Below, one piece after another: positions 42,871-53,810 of a stretch of 64,000 nt of DNA. The stretch covers positions 488,907 to 552,906 of the forward strand of contig CAWGDK010000005.1 of the NCBI GenBank assembly GCA_963821385.1, written 5' to 3'. Positions within the stretch are counted from its first letter, which is position 1, and each line of letters begins with the position of its first letter. This stretch comes from an uncultured Gemmatimonadales bacterium. GTDB lineage: Bacteria > Gemmatimonadota > Gemmatimonadetes > Gemmatimonadales > GWC2-71-9. The position numbers and the translations under genes are program-made. Below the pieces are notes generated by a model that was not told where the DNA came from, made no database searches, and was given only the letters and a program-made list of their open reading frames with translations.

Positions 42871-45825
42871 ATGCCGCGACTGCGATACCTGGCCTTCCTC
42901 GTGTCCCTGGGGATGAGCGTGCCCGCCGCTCTCGCGGCGCAGTTTCAGACGCTCCAAACCGGCGACATGCGCCTGGTGTTGACCTCTCCGCTGCAGTCCT
43001 ATCTGGTGCCCCAGGTGGTCGGCAGCTTCGAGAACGCGCTGCAGTTTCACCGCCGCCTGTTCGACTACTCGCCGCGGGGCAAGATCGACCTGCTGCTGCA
43101 CGACCTGTGGCACTACGGCAACGCGGGCGCGAGCCCGCTGCCGCAGAACCACGTCACCGTCGGGATCGAGCCGTACGGCCACGACTACGAATCCGCGCCG
43201 GCCCAGGAACGGATGACCTCCTCGCTCAACCACGAGCTGGCCCACATCGTGACGACCGACAAGGCCACGGCGTCCGACCGGTTCTTCCGGTCGCTGTTCT
43301 TCGGCAAGGTCACGCCCACCGCGGACGCCCCGCTGTCGATGCTGTACGGCTACCTGACCGTGCCGCGCTGGTATGCGCCGCGCTGGTACCTGGAGGGGAT
43401 CGCCGTCTATCTCGAGACGTGGATGAACGGCGGGCGTGGGACGCGCGATCGGCCCCTACGACGAGATGGTGTTTCGCACCCTCGTCCGTGACAGCGGCCG
43501 CGTCTACGACGTCGTCGGGCTCGAATCCGAAGGGACGACGATCGACTTCCAGGTCGGGAGCAACTCCTATCTCTACGGGACGCGGTTCGTCAGCTATCTG
43601 GCGCTGCGCTACGGCGACGACAGCCTGCTGGCGTGGTTCAACCGCAGCGCGGGGAGCCGGCGCTACTTCTCATCGCAGTTTCGCCACGTGTTCGGCCGCT
43701 CGCTCGAGGACGAATGGTCGCGCTGGATCGCGTGGGAGCGTGCGTGGCAGGACACCAATCTCGCGAGCGATTCGGCGGCACCCGACCACCGCCTCCCGCC
43801 CGCTCTCGGATCGGACGCTGGGTGCCGTCTCCCGGGCGTACTACGACTCGGCGAGCCACAGCCTGGTCCTGGCCGTTCGCTATCCGGGACAGGTCGGCCA
43901 TCTGGTCACGCATCGACCTCGCATCCGGCAGGCTCAAGAACCTGCGGGAGGTGCACGGGAGCGTCCGGACCTGTCGGTCACCTCGCTGGCGTTCGATCCG
44001 GCGTCCCGGACGCTGTTCTATACGACCAACAACGCCAATTGGCGCCACCTCGTCTCGCTGAACCTGGCGACCGGCCACTCCGCGACGCTCATTCGCGACG
44101 CGCGGATCGGCGATCTCGCGTTCAACGCGCGGGACAGCTCGCTGTGGGGCGTCCGCCATGACAACGGGTTCTCGACGCTGGTCCGCATTCCGCCCCCGTA
44201 CCACGAGTGGCACCAGGTCCGCACCCTGCCCTACGGACGGGACCTGTTCGACCTCGACATCGCGCCGGACGGATCGACCCTCATCGGTTCGATGTCGGAT
44301 CTCAGCGGCAGCGAGCGGCTGGTCAGGATGGACCTCGCGGCGCTTCCGGCGGACTCCGCCACGCTCGAAGACCTGTTCGACTTCGGGAATTGGTCGCCGT
44401 CGAACTTCGTGTTCTCGCCGGACGGGCGGTTCCTCTACGGCTCCTCCTACTACTCGGGCGTATCCAACATCTTCCGCTACGACTTCACCACGAGCGAGAT
44501 GGAGCCCCTGAGCAACGCGGAGACGGGCTTCTTCAAGCCGGTCCCCCTGGCTGGGCGGCCGGACTCCCTCGTCGTCTTCCGCTATTCGGCCCGAGGATTC
44601 GTGCCCTCGCTGATCGCGAACCAGGTGGTGGACTCGGTCAGCGCGATTCGCTTCCTGGGCAACGAGATTGCCGCGAGCCGGCCCGAGGTGCAGTCGTGGA
44701 TGGTGCCGCCCATCGTCGCCGACTCCACCACGCCCTCGAGCGGCGCCTATCGCCCGCTGCGGACAGATCAAGCTGGACAACGCGTACCCGATCGTGGAGG
44801 GATACCAGGATGCGGACGGCGGCTCCACGGTGGCGGGCGGGCTGCGCCTGAACTTCTCCGATCGCGTCGGGACGACGGCGCTCGACCTGAGCGCGTCCTA
44901 CTCGGGCGGGGCCCTGGCGAAGTCGGAGCGTCTCCACCTGCGCGCGAATTTCCACTACTGGAACTGGCGCGTCGCCGCGGCCCTCAATCCCGCCGACTTC
45001 TACGATCTCGTCGGGCCCACGAAGACGAGTCGCAAAGGCTACTCGCTGACGCTCGAGCGTCAGGGCATGCTCCTGTTCGACGAGCCGAGGCGGCTGACGT
45101 ACTCGCTCCAGGTGGCGGGCTACGGCGACCTGGCGACCCTGCCCGAGTTCCAGGGCGTGCTGGCTCCATTCGACAAGCTGCTGTCGTTCTCCGGCGACCT
45201 CGCCTACACCTCGCTGCGACGCTCACTCGGCGCCGTGGACGACGAGCTGGGGACGACGTGGGGCGTCGGCCTGCGCGGCAACGCCGTGAGCGGGACCGTG
45301 TTTCCCCGCGTGAGCCTCGAGGCGGCGAAAGGGTTCTTGCTCCCACTGGACCACTCGTCGCTGTGGTTCAGGGCCTCAGGCGGCGCGGCGCTGTCCGGCA
45401 ACCGGACCAACCCGTTCGCCAACTTCTTTTTCGGCGGGTTCGGCAACAACTGGGTGGACCACCGGGACATCCAGCAATTCCGGAACGTCGCGAGCTTCCC
45501 GGGTCTCGACATCAACAGCGTCGCGGGCGCCGACTACGCCCGGGCCCAGGTGGAGTGGGTATCGCCGCCGCTGCGGTTTCGCCGCGCCGGGATCCCCAGC
45601 TGCTACCTGCGCTGGGCCAACGTGTCGCTGTTCACGACGGGGCTCATGACCAACGTCCGGGACGCGTCGCTGCGACGCACGCTGCTGAGCGCGGGTGCGC
45701 AGCTCGACATCCGCTTGATCACGCTCTCCCATCTCGAGTCCACGCTGTCGACGGGGTTCGCCGTGGCCGGGGAACGGGGTGGCCCGCCTCATTCCACGTT
45801 CATGTTCTCGTTCAAGATCATGTGA
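42871..45825 (+). pseudogene. secreted multidomain protein: N-terminal HExxH metallopeptidase-like domain, PD40/TolB-like propeller, and a C-terminal predicted outer-membrane beta-barrel; about 5 frame disruptions
   Basis: ORFs 42871..43491 (signal peptide, SSLNHELAHIV), 43436..44161, 43107..46736 (middle part: LAFDPASRTLFYTT, DIAPDGSTLIG, FSPDGRFLYGSSY) and 44668..45825 (amphipathic beta-strand pattern, FGGFGNNW, ending TFMFSFKIM). Confidence 0.7.
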
Positions 45826-46833
45826 CGGCCGTCGTCGCGATTGCCGTCAGTGTCCTGCCGGTCTTCCTGTTCCTCGGCGCACTGGTCCTGATCGACAGCT
45901 ACAAACTCGTCGCGTTCCGGGCGATCCTGCTGTCGCTCACGGCCGGCCTGGTCGCCGGGCTCGCGAGCTACGCGGTGAACGTCAGCCTCCGGCCCGCGCT
46001 CGCCCTGGACCTGGCACCCTATTCCCGCTACGTCGCGCCCGTCGTGGAAGAGTCGTTCAAGGCCGCTTTCGTCGTCTTCCTGCTGCAGCGCAACCGGGTG
46101 GGGTTCGTCGTGGACGCCGCCATCCACGGATTCGCCATCGGCACCGGGTTCGCGGTGCTCGAGAATCTCTACTACGTCGAGGCGGCGGCGGGTGCCACGC
46201 TGTGGACCTGGATCGTGCGCGGGTTCGGCACCGCCGTCATGCACGGGGGCGCCACGGCCATCCTGGCGATGATCGCCAAGACGCTGCAGACCCGGGCCGG
46301 GACCTTCCGGCTCTCCCTCGTCCTGCCGGGTCTTGGGCTGGCCGTGGTGCTGCACTCGCTGTACAACCACGTCCTGGTGCAGCCGATCCTGGCGACGGCG
46401 CTCCTCGTCCTGGTGTTTCCCTGGCTCAGCATCGTGGTGTTCCAGCCGAGCGAACGGGAAACGAGCGCCTGGCTGGGGGCGGGATTCGACACCGACCAGG
46501 AGCTGCTGCAAGGCCGTGCACGCGGGGCGGATCTCGGCGACCCCGATGGGCAGCTATCTCAAGACCCTGCGCAGCCGCTTCGCCGCGGAGGTGATCGTGG
46601 ACATGATGTGCCTGCTGCGCCTGCGTGCCGAGCTCGCGATCCGCGCCAAGGGGGTCCTGATGTTGCGCGAGGCGGGGTTCGAGGCCGCGCCCGATCCAGC
46701 GGTGAAGGACAAGTTCCGAGAGCTGCGCTACCTTGAGAAAAGCATCGGGCGGACGGGGATGGTCGCCATCCACCCGTTCCTGCACACCAGCACGCGGGAC
46801 CTCTGGCAGCTCAACCTGCTCAACGAAACGTGA
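45822..46833 (+). pseudogene. prsW: PrsW-family intramembrane metalloprotease, one frame disruption near 46510
   Basis: The GTG at 45822 overlaps the upstream stop by 4 nt. Sequence comes from ORF 43107..46736 (VAPVVEESFKA, AIHGFAIGTGFAVLENL, TAVMHGGATA, HSLYNH) and then ORF 46333..46833 (C-terminal cytoplasmic tail). Confidence 0.8.
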
Positions 46834-46840
46834 TGCGCTA

Positions 46841-47185
46841 ATGGAAGCCTCGGTGGAACAGCGCGGTGGGGTATGCACCGTGCATATCGCCGGCAGCGTG
46901 GACGGACTCACCGCCGACAGTCTCCAGCAGGTCCTGGCGCGCGAGCTGGACGCGGGACACGCCAAGCTGATCGCCGACTTCGGTGCGGTGGACTACACCA
47001 GCAGTGCCGGTCTGCGCGTGCTGCTGGGCACGGTGAAGCGCGCCCGATCGGGCGGCGGGGACCTGCGGCTCGCGGGCCCCAACCCCGACGTCCGGAAGGT
47101 GCTCGAGCTGAGCGGGTTCACCGGCATCCTGAAAGTGTTCGAGACGGTGGACGACGCCGTCGCCAGTTTCGGCGGCCCGGGATGA
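46841..47185 (+). CDS. STAS-domain anti-sigma-factor antagonist (second copy)
   Basis: Within ORF 46733..47185, from the ATG at 46841. Motifs: IADFGAVDYTSSAGLRVLLGTVKRARSGGGDLRLAGPNPDVRKVLELSGF. Confidence 0.85.
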   Translation: MEASVEQRGGVCTVHIAGSVDGLTADSLQQVLARELDAGHAKLIADFGAVDYTSSAGLRVLLGTVKRARSGGGDLRLAGPNPDVRKVLELSGFTGILKVFETVDDAVASFGGPG

Positions 47186-48373
47186 GCGGCGCGCCGGCCC
47201 GGGTGCTGGTCGTGGAGGCGGCGGACGCGCCGGACCGCCTCAGCGGGCACGTGCAGCGCGAAGGGTACGGCGTGGACACGGCTGCCCAGACTGATGAGGC
47301 GCTCGCGAAGCTCCGGGCGGAGCGGTTCGACCTCGTGTTGCTGGACGCGGGCCGGGACGGCACGGGCTTGCTCGAGGCGCTGCGGAGCGACGCCGAGCTC
47401 GCGCCGGTTCCGGTGGTCGTCGTGTCGGCGGTGGAGGACGTCGACGTCGTCGCGCGCTGCCTCGAGCTGGGCGCCGACGACTATCTCCCGCGCCCCTTCC
47501 ATCCGGCGATGCTGCGGACGCGCCTGGGCGCCGCCTGGATCGCCGACGCGCTGCGGGCCGCCGAGAGTCTCACGCGCGAGATGGCCGTCGCCCGGAACAT
47601 CCAGCGGGATTTTCTTCCCGAGACACTCCCGATGGCGATGGGCGTGCAGCTCGATGCCGCGCTGCATCCGGCGCGCGAGGTGTCGGGCGACTTTTACGAC
47701 GCCTTCGTGCTGGCGCCCGGGAGTACCATCGTCCTGGTCATGGGAGACGTGTGCGACAAGGGTTTTGGCGCGGCGCTGTTCATGGCGCTGTTTCGCAGCC
47801 TCATCCGCGCGTCGGCCGACCCCGTCGGGGGCGGCGCGATCCAGATGATCGGCGGCCGTCGCACGCTCGTGCGCCAGTCGCTGGAATCCGCCTCGCCGGC
47901 CGACCTCTTGACGCGCGTCGCGGGATTCACCAACGACTACATCGCCAGACTGCACGGGCGTACCAACATGTTCGCGACGGTCTTCCTGGCGGCCCTCACG
48001 CCGCAGACCGGGCAGTTCGACTACCTGAACGCCGGTCACGAGCCGGCCATCGTGATGGGACGGGACGGCGCCACGCTGGAGCTGATGCCCACGGGCCCCG
48101 CGCTCGGACTCTTCCCCGAGGCGACGTTCCAGACGGGCGAGGGAACGCTCGGGCCCGGCGAGGCCCTGGTCGCGTTCACCGACGGACTGGTGGAGGCGCG
48201 GAACCCGGCCGGTGAGGCGTTCGGCACCGAGCGTCTTCAGGTCGCGCTGCGGGCGCACAACAGCTCGGCCGCCAATCTCGTCCGGGGCGTCATCGAGGCG
48301 CTCGCAGGGCTTCACCGGGCAGGCCGAGCCCCACGACGATGTGACGCTGCTCGTCGCGCGTTCGGTCGGGTGA
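47182..48373 (+). pseudogene. response-regulator receiver domain fused to a PP2C (SpoIIE-type) Ser phosphatase; frame disruption near 48300 restores the canonical C-terminus
   Basis: Within ORF 46873..48570, from the ATG at 47182 (ATGA overlap with the STAS stop). Receiver motifs: RVLVVEAAD..FDLVLLD..VVVVSA. PP2C motifs: SGDFYD, VMGDVCDKGFGAALFMA, DYLNAGHEP, FTDGLVEA. The alternate frame gives GQAEPHDDVTLLVARSVG* ending at 48373. Confidence 0.85.
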
Positions 48374-48383
48374 CCCTCGGCGC

Positions 48384-48530
48384 CACCAAGCCGACGGCGG
48401 CTGGCGCCGGTCCCGCGTCCACCAGCCGCTTGTGGACCGGCTCGACCCGGAAGTTCAGTCCTTCGAGCGTTCGCGAGCCGAGCAGGACGAGGTCTCCCGG
48501 TTCGCCGAACACCACATCATCTCCGGTTCG
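48384..48530 (-). pseudogene. diverged C-terminal fragment of a retropepsin-like aspartic protease
   Basis: ORF 48312..48752 contains DDVVFGEPGDLVLLGSRTLEGLNFRVEPVHKRLVDAGPAPAA. Compare DLVVFAETGDMTLLGAHSLEGLNLKIDPVRKELIPAGPVIAA in the gene at 58275..58652. Confidence 0.45.
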
Positions 48531-48626
48531 TCTTTCACGTTCTTTTCGGGCACCGTGTGTCCAGAATTGATGGTGGCGTTCGGGGCTCCGAGCGCCATGC
48601 TGGGACATGCCTTCGGATTCCGACGG

Positions 48627-48775
48627 AACAGAGGCTAGGCCGCGACGGCGGCGATCACTGGACCGGCGGGAATCAATTCCTTCCGGATGGGACGGGAAAT
48701 CCAGGTGTACTCGCTGCCCGTATCTACGAGGACGTCTGGCAGCGCCCGCCACGGAGACTCTTGGGCCTTCGCCGA
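48627..48775 (-). pseudogene. 5'-truncated, internally deleted copy of the retropepsin-like gene at 58275..58652
   Basis: 48622-48687 matches 58262-58327 (3 mismatches). 48688-48769 is identical to 58532-58613. The translation is AQESPWRALPDVLVDTGSEYTWISRPI/RKELIPAGPVIAAVAA*. Confidence 0.65.
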
Positions 48776-48791
48776 GCGGCGGCGCCCGCGC

Positions 48792-49202
48792 CTACACCTT
48801 CTGTACTCGGAAGTTCACGGTACCGCTGTAGTTCGTGAACACGACCTTGACGGTCCAGGTGCCGTGCACCCCTTTGCTCATCCCAAACGTCCCGTTCGCG
48901 CTGAGCGATTGGGAGTACAGCTGTGTGCCGTTGTTGTCGGAGATCGTGAGCGTGGCCGAACCCGCGGTGACGGTGGTCGCCTGATTCACGGTCGCACTGT
49001 CTCCGGAGTTCGACCATGAGTACGTATAGGTCCAAGTCACGTTCGTTACGCCCGTGGCCTGAAATTGGAAATTGTCCGGCACATTGCTGATCTGTGGCTG
49101 AAACGGGGCCAAGGGGCCGGTGCTGTTGCTGCAACCCGCTGCCAGTGCGATCGCCGCGAGCGCGGCGATGCCGGCGGCACATCTCGATCGATGAATCAAC
49201 AT
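48792..49202 (-). CDS. small lipoprotein, beta-rich (hypothetical)
   Basis: ORF 48792..49202 (136 aa) with lipobox IALAAGCS. It is Thr/Ser/Asn-rich with a beta-sandwich-like pattern. Confidence 0.55.
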   Translation of the reverse strand: MLIHRSRCAAGIAALAAIALAAGCSNSTGPLAPFQPQISNVPDNFQFQATGVTNVTWTYTYSWSNSGDSATVNQATTVTAGSATLTISDNNGTQLYSQSLSANGTFGMSKGVHGTWTVKVVFTNYSGTVNFRVQKV

Positions 49203-49515
49203 GACGTCAGGCTCCGAAGAAGAAAATGGTCAACTCAGGGCTTGGGCAAGTCAGGTGCCGTCGCTTGGCTGATCGGCAACCCCGCAATTCGTAGCACGTT
49301 GCGACGAAGCACGTGACTCACCTCACAGAGCTGGCCGCGCCAGTATCAGCCACGTCTGGCTCATTTCGTGTCAGCGCGGCACCCAAACAACCTGCGGTGC
49401 TCCGCGTGACGCGACGGTGAGAGGTAGATGAAGGATCCGGGAGTCCGCTGCGGTCCTATCGAGCTATCCTTTCGGCAACGCTGCGCGGAGCGAATGCCGC
49501 GGCGAGCTCCCTCGC

Positions 49516-50369
49516 TCATGGACGGGTGGTCCGCCTGGCGCGCGCAATTGGGACCACCAGCAGCGATGCCGGCAGGCGGTTCAACAGCCATTCGGTCGTA
49601 CTGCCGATCAGCAGGCGGTCCACAAACCCCTTACCCTGCGAGCCGACGACGACCACGTCCGCTTTCCACCGCGCGGCCTCGGCCGCGATCGCGACCGCCG
49701 CCGATCCCTGGCGCACGACCATATCGGGCTCCGCGGCCCCGGAGACGGTCGACGCCAGTCGGTGAAACGTCTCGACCGACTTCCGAAGGAAGCCCTGCTT
49801 GTCAGGTGCTCGCGGGACCACGGTGGGATACCGGATCGGCTCCACCACGTGCAGCACGCGGAGGCGAGCACCCACCAGGTTCGCCAATGCGGACGCAGCC
49901 TGTAGCGTCGCACTCGCAGCGGACGACAGATCCACTGCGACCAGGACCCGACCGATGCGACTGGACCTCCTGTCGGTCACCAGGACCGGTACGTCGAGGG
50001 TCCGCACGAGGTAGTGGGCGGTGCTGCCGCTCAACGCGCGGGCGATCGTGCCGCGGCGCTTCGCTCCGAGCACGACCAGACCCGCGCCGTGGCGTGCGAC
50101 CGCTTCGGCCACCACTCGCGCCGCCCGGCCGTAGCGGACGTCGAGCCCCCGCAGCACGGCCGGAGGGACGACCCGGTTCAGCCGTGCGGCCATCTGCTTC
50201 CGGGCATCCGGTGCATCCGCCTCGCCAGCCACACGTCCGGCACTGCGTGCACGAGCTGGCACTTCGTCCGCGCCGCCTCGGCGATCTTCCACGCTACAGC
50301 CGCCGCACGGAGCGATTGGGGTGAGGCGTCCACGCCCACGACGATCGATTTCCCGAAGACTCTGTTCAT
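49516..50369 (-). pseudogene. tandem universal stress protein (2 UspA domains), one frame disruption near 50200-50230
   Basis: ORF 50178..50369 (SIVVGVDASPQSLRAAAVA) joins ORF 49516..50292 (GLVVLGAKRRG...VPVLV; RVLVAVDLS...ADVVVVGSQGKG...GSTTEWLL..ASLLVV). The start overlaps the ATPase stop (ATGA). Confidence 0.8.
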
Positions 50370-52989
50370 AGTCGCTTCACCGCCTTTTCGATTTCCACGG
50401 CCACGAACACTACAGAGGAAAGCCCCAACGAGAGGGCCAGCTCAGCCAAAGTGAGCGGCTGTGTCTTGAACACGGCGTTGAACGCCGGCAGATACAGGGT
50501 CGCCATCTGGAGCACGAACGTGAGCGCCACCGCCCCCAGCAACGGCCTGTTCGACCACAACCCTTGCCGAAACAGCGACTCACGCTCCGAACGGATAGCG
50601 AGGACGTGTGCCATCTGCGACAGGGCCAGCACGGTGAAGGTCATGCTCTGCCAGTGCGCCGAGCCGGTTTGGTACGCCCAGGCCAGGGTACCCAGCGTCA
50701 CGCTGCCCATGAGGAGGCCGACCCAGATGGCGTGTTGCCACAGGCCATGCGCGAACAGGCTCTCCCGGGGCGGCCGCGGCGGGCGTTGCATCACGCCGGG
50801 CTCCGCCGGCTCAGCCGCGAGCGCGAGGCCCGGGAGCCCGTCAGTGACCAGGTTGATCCACAGGATGTGGATGGGGAGCAGAGGAATCGGCAGCCCCAGA
50901 AACGGGGCGAGGAACAGTGGCCAGATCTCGCCGGCCGCCGTCGTCAACGTGTACTTCACGAACTTGCGGACGTTGTCGTAGATGCGGCGGCCCTCGCGCA
51001 CCGCGCCCACAATAGTGGTGAAATTGTCGTCCAAGAGGACCATGTGGGCGGCCTCGCGCGCCACGTCGGTGCCGCCGCGACCCATAGCGACGCCGATGTC
51101 CGCGCGGCGAAGCGCCGGGGCGTCGTTCACGCCATCCCCGGTCATCGCCACGAACTCGCCCCGGTCCTGGAGTGCCTTCACGATCTTGATCTTCTGCTCC
51201 GGAGCGACGCGGGCGTAGACCCGGATGTCGGCGACGCGGCGTTCGAACTCCTCGAGGGAGAGTCGCGCAAGTTCCCGGCCCGTCATGATCCCCTCCGTCC
51301 CGTGCGCGATGCCGAGCGCGTGCGCGATGGCGCCCGCCGTCGCCGGATGGTCTCCGGTGATCATGACCACGTGAATCCCGGCCGACTGGCACAGCGCGAC
51401 CGCGTCCCGCGCCTCGGGACGCGGAGGGTCGAGCAGCCCCACCAGGCCCAGGAACGTCTGGTCAGCTTCGATCGCGCTCGGCTCGAGGGCGGCTGGCAGC
51501 TCCTGAAGACCTCGATAGGCGATGGCGAGCACCCGCAGGCCGTTGCGCGCCATCGCCTCGGCCGCCGCCAGGATAGCAGGCCGGTCGAGCGAAACGGTTC
51601 CGGTTTGGGTCAACCGATCTCCGCAGCCGTCGAGCACCTGCTCGGGAGCCCCCTTGGTGAACGCGACGATCCGGTCGGCATGCCGGTGCAGCGTAGTCAT
51701 CCGGGCGCGCTCGGAGGAAAACGGGATCTCCCCCACACGTGGTGATCGAGCTTCGAGGTCCGCCTTCTCCCGTCCCGCACGCGCGGCCGCGAGGAGCAGG
51801 GCGACTTCGGTCGGATCCCCCTCCACGTCGCCGTTCATTTTCCGGACGGCGTCGTTGCTGAGCGCGAGCCCCTCGAGCAGCAGGGACCACGGTTCCTCAT
51901 GGTCCGTCACGGGCGGCTCGCGCACGAGCTTGTCGCCGACGTGGAAGGCTTCCACTTGCATGCGGTTCTGGGTGAGCGTGCCGGTCTTGTCCGAGCAGAT
52001 GTACGTCACCGACCCCAGAGTTTCGACCGCCGGGAGGCGGCGAATGAGCGCGTTCCGTCTCAACATCTTCCGCGCTCCCAGGGCGAGGGAGATCGTCACC
52101 ACCGCCGGGAGCGCCTCGGGGATGCCCGCGACGGCCATGCTCAGCGCGGTCAGGAACATGAGCCCCGGCTCCTCCCCGCGCAGCAGGCCGGCGCCGAAGA
52201 TGACGGCACAGAGGACGATGACGGCCACCGACAGCCGCTGGCCGAGCCGGATGAGCCGCTTCTGGAGCGGTGTCTTGACCTCCTCCTCGTCGCGCAGCAG
52301 GGTCGCGATGCGCCCCAATTCCGTCTGCATGCCGGTCGCCGCGACGACGCCGGCGCCGCGACCGTAGGTCACGAGGGTCCCCTTGTACGCCATGTTCCGC
52401 CGGTCGCCCAGCGGAAGATCTGGCTCCGTCAGGGTGGTCGTGATCTTCTCAACCGGGTGAGACTCACCGGTGAGGGCGGCCTCCTCAACCTTGAGGTGGG
52501 CGGTTTCGACGAGCCGCAGATCAGCCGGCACCAGGCTACCGGCTTCGAGCAACACCACATCTCCCGGGACCAGATCCGAGGCCGGCAGGGTCCGCGTGTC
52601 GCCGCCGCGCCGGACCCGCGCGTGCGGTGCCGCGAGCGCCTGGAGGGCCGCCATGGCGCGCTCGGCGCGATACTCCTGCACGAAGCCGAGCACGGCGTTG
52701 AGAACGACGATGGCGACGATGGCCACGATGTCCTGGGGCTCGCCGAGGAAGCCCGCCAGCACGGCCGCCGCGAGCAGGACGAGCACCATGAAGTCGGTGA
52801 ACTGGGCCAGGAGCATTCGCAGGGGGCCGCGACGGCGGGCCGCCACGATGGCGTTCGGTCCGTGCACGGCCAACCGGCGCACCGCTTCGTCGGGCTCCAG
52901 GCCCACCGCGAGACGGCACGACCGAGCAGCCGACATGCGTCCTCAGGAGAGCGGGCGTGCCAGGAAGCGGGCGCGACAGCCTGTGGCAT
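50366..52989 (-). pseudogene. P-type cation-transporting ATPase (P2-type, Ca2+/Mg2+-like); one frame disruption near 52905-52925 separates the first ~25 codons
   Basis: ORF 50366..52936 (856 aa). Motifs: [51 protein letters not shown]. The upstream N-terminus [23 protein letters not shown] is in ORF 52429..53061, preceded by ggagg 5 nt before the ATG at 52989. Confidence 0.9.
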
Positions 52990-53255
52990 TGGAACCTCCA
53001 TAACGGCGGATTCGCATGCCGATCCCCCCGCCGGCACCGACCGGACTGTAGCGGAGAGCATTCTGGGGCGTTGTGAAGTTCAGATGAAGCCGACCTCAAC
53101 CAGGCTGTGGGAGGTTGGATCGTGAGGGGGTGTCGAGGCGCGGCAGGCGACGTCCACCACCGCGCCTCGTTTGGCGTAGGCCACCCCTCATGGCCCTCGC
53201 GCACGATCAGGGCCGGGGTCGAGTCCGTCATTGGCGACGGCTTATCGTGATGTGG

Positions 53256-53785
53256 GTTCCGAGACGGAAGCGCCGGGCTCCGAGATTGTAACGACGGGTT
53301 CCGAAATGGGAGCACTGGATCCCTTTATGAAGGCGCTGAGCTCCGAGATTGTAGCGACGGGTCCCGAGATGGAAGCACTGGGTCCCTTTATGAAGGCGCT
53401 GAGCTCCGAGATTGTAGCGACGGGTTCCGAGATGGAAGCACTGGGTCCCTTTATGAAGGCGCTGAGCTCCGAGATTGTAGCGACTGGTTCCGAGATGGAA
53501 GCACTGGGTCCCTTTATGAAGGCCCTGAGCTGCGAGATTGTTGCGTGAGGTTCCGAGAAGGTGGCGCAGCGGCTCCGAGATTGTAGCGTTGGGCTCCGAG
53601 ATTGTGACGTCGGGTTTCGAGACGGAACCGCCCGGTTCCGAGATGGAAGCGCCGGGTCCCGAGATTGTCCCGTCGGGCTCCGAGACGGAAGCGCCCAGTT
53701 CCGAGATGGAAGCGCCGGGCCCCGAGACTGTACCGTCGGGTTCCGAGACGGAAGCGCATGGTTCCGAGATGAAAGGATCCACAGG
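53256..53785. repeat. minisatellite-like tandem array with a basic 21-bp unit
   Basis: The left half is organised as ~4.5 copies of a 63-bp super-unit; ctccgagattgta recurs at 53278, 53341, 53404, 53467 and 53530. The right half (53576-53785) is nine 21-bp units of the form gggYtccgagaYggaagcgcc. All six frames are largely open (ORFs 53231..53548, 53538..54314, 53561..53899, 53228..53842, 53242..53949, 53514..53819). Confidence 0.9.
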
Positions 53786-53810
53786 CACCGGCGAAGGAAG
53801 GGCGGACGAA

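Noticed and set aside
43107-46736. A 1209-aa ORF spanning the HExxH-barrel gene and PrsW.
   Set aside because: It is a composite. Only its middle (propeller) and its PrsW segment are in the biologically meaningful frame. About 44770-45820 is Arg-rich nonsense, while the real barrel sequence is in ORF 44668..45825.
52990-53230. The 5' leader of the P-type ATPase considered as a Mg2+ (M-box) or other riboswitch.
   Set aside because: I could not see the conserved M-box core or a convincing multi-stem structure by eye. Only a good ggagg Shine-Dalgarno lies before the ATG at 52989.
53256-53785. The tandem repeat array considered as a CRISPR array.
   Set aside because: The repeats are directly abutting 21/63-bp units with no unique spacers and no repeat palindromicity, and there are no cas genes. 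It is a minisatellite or coding repeat, not CRISPR.
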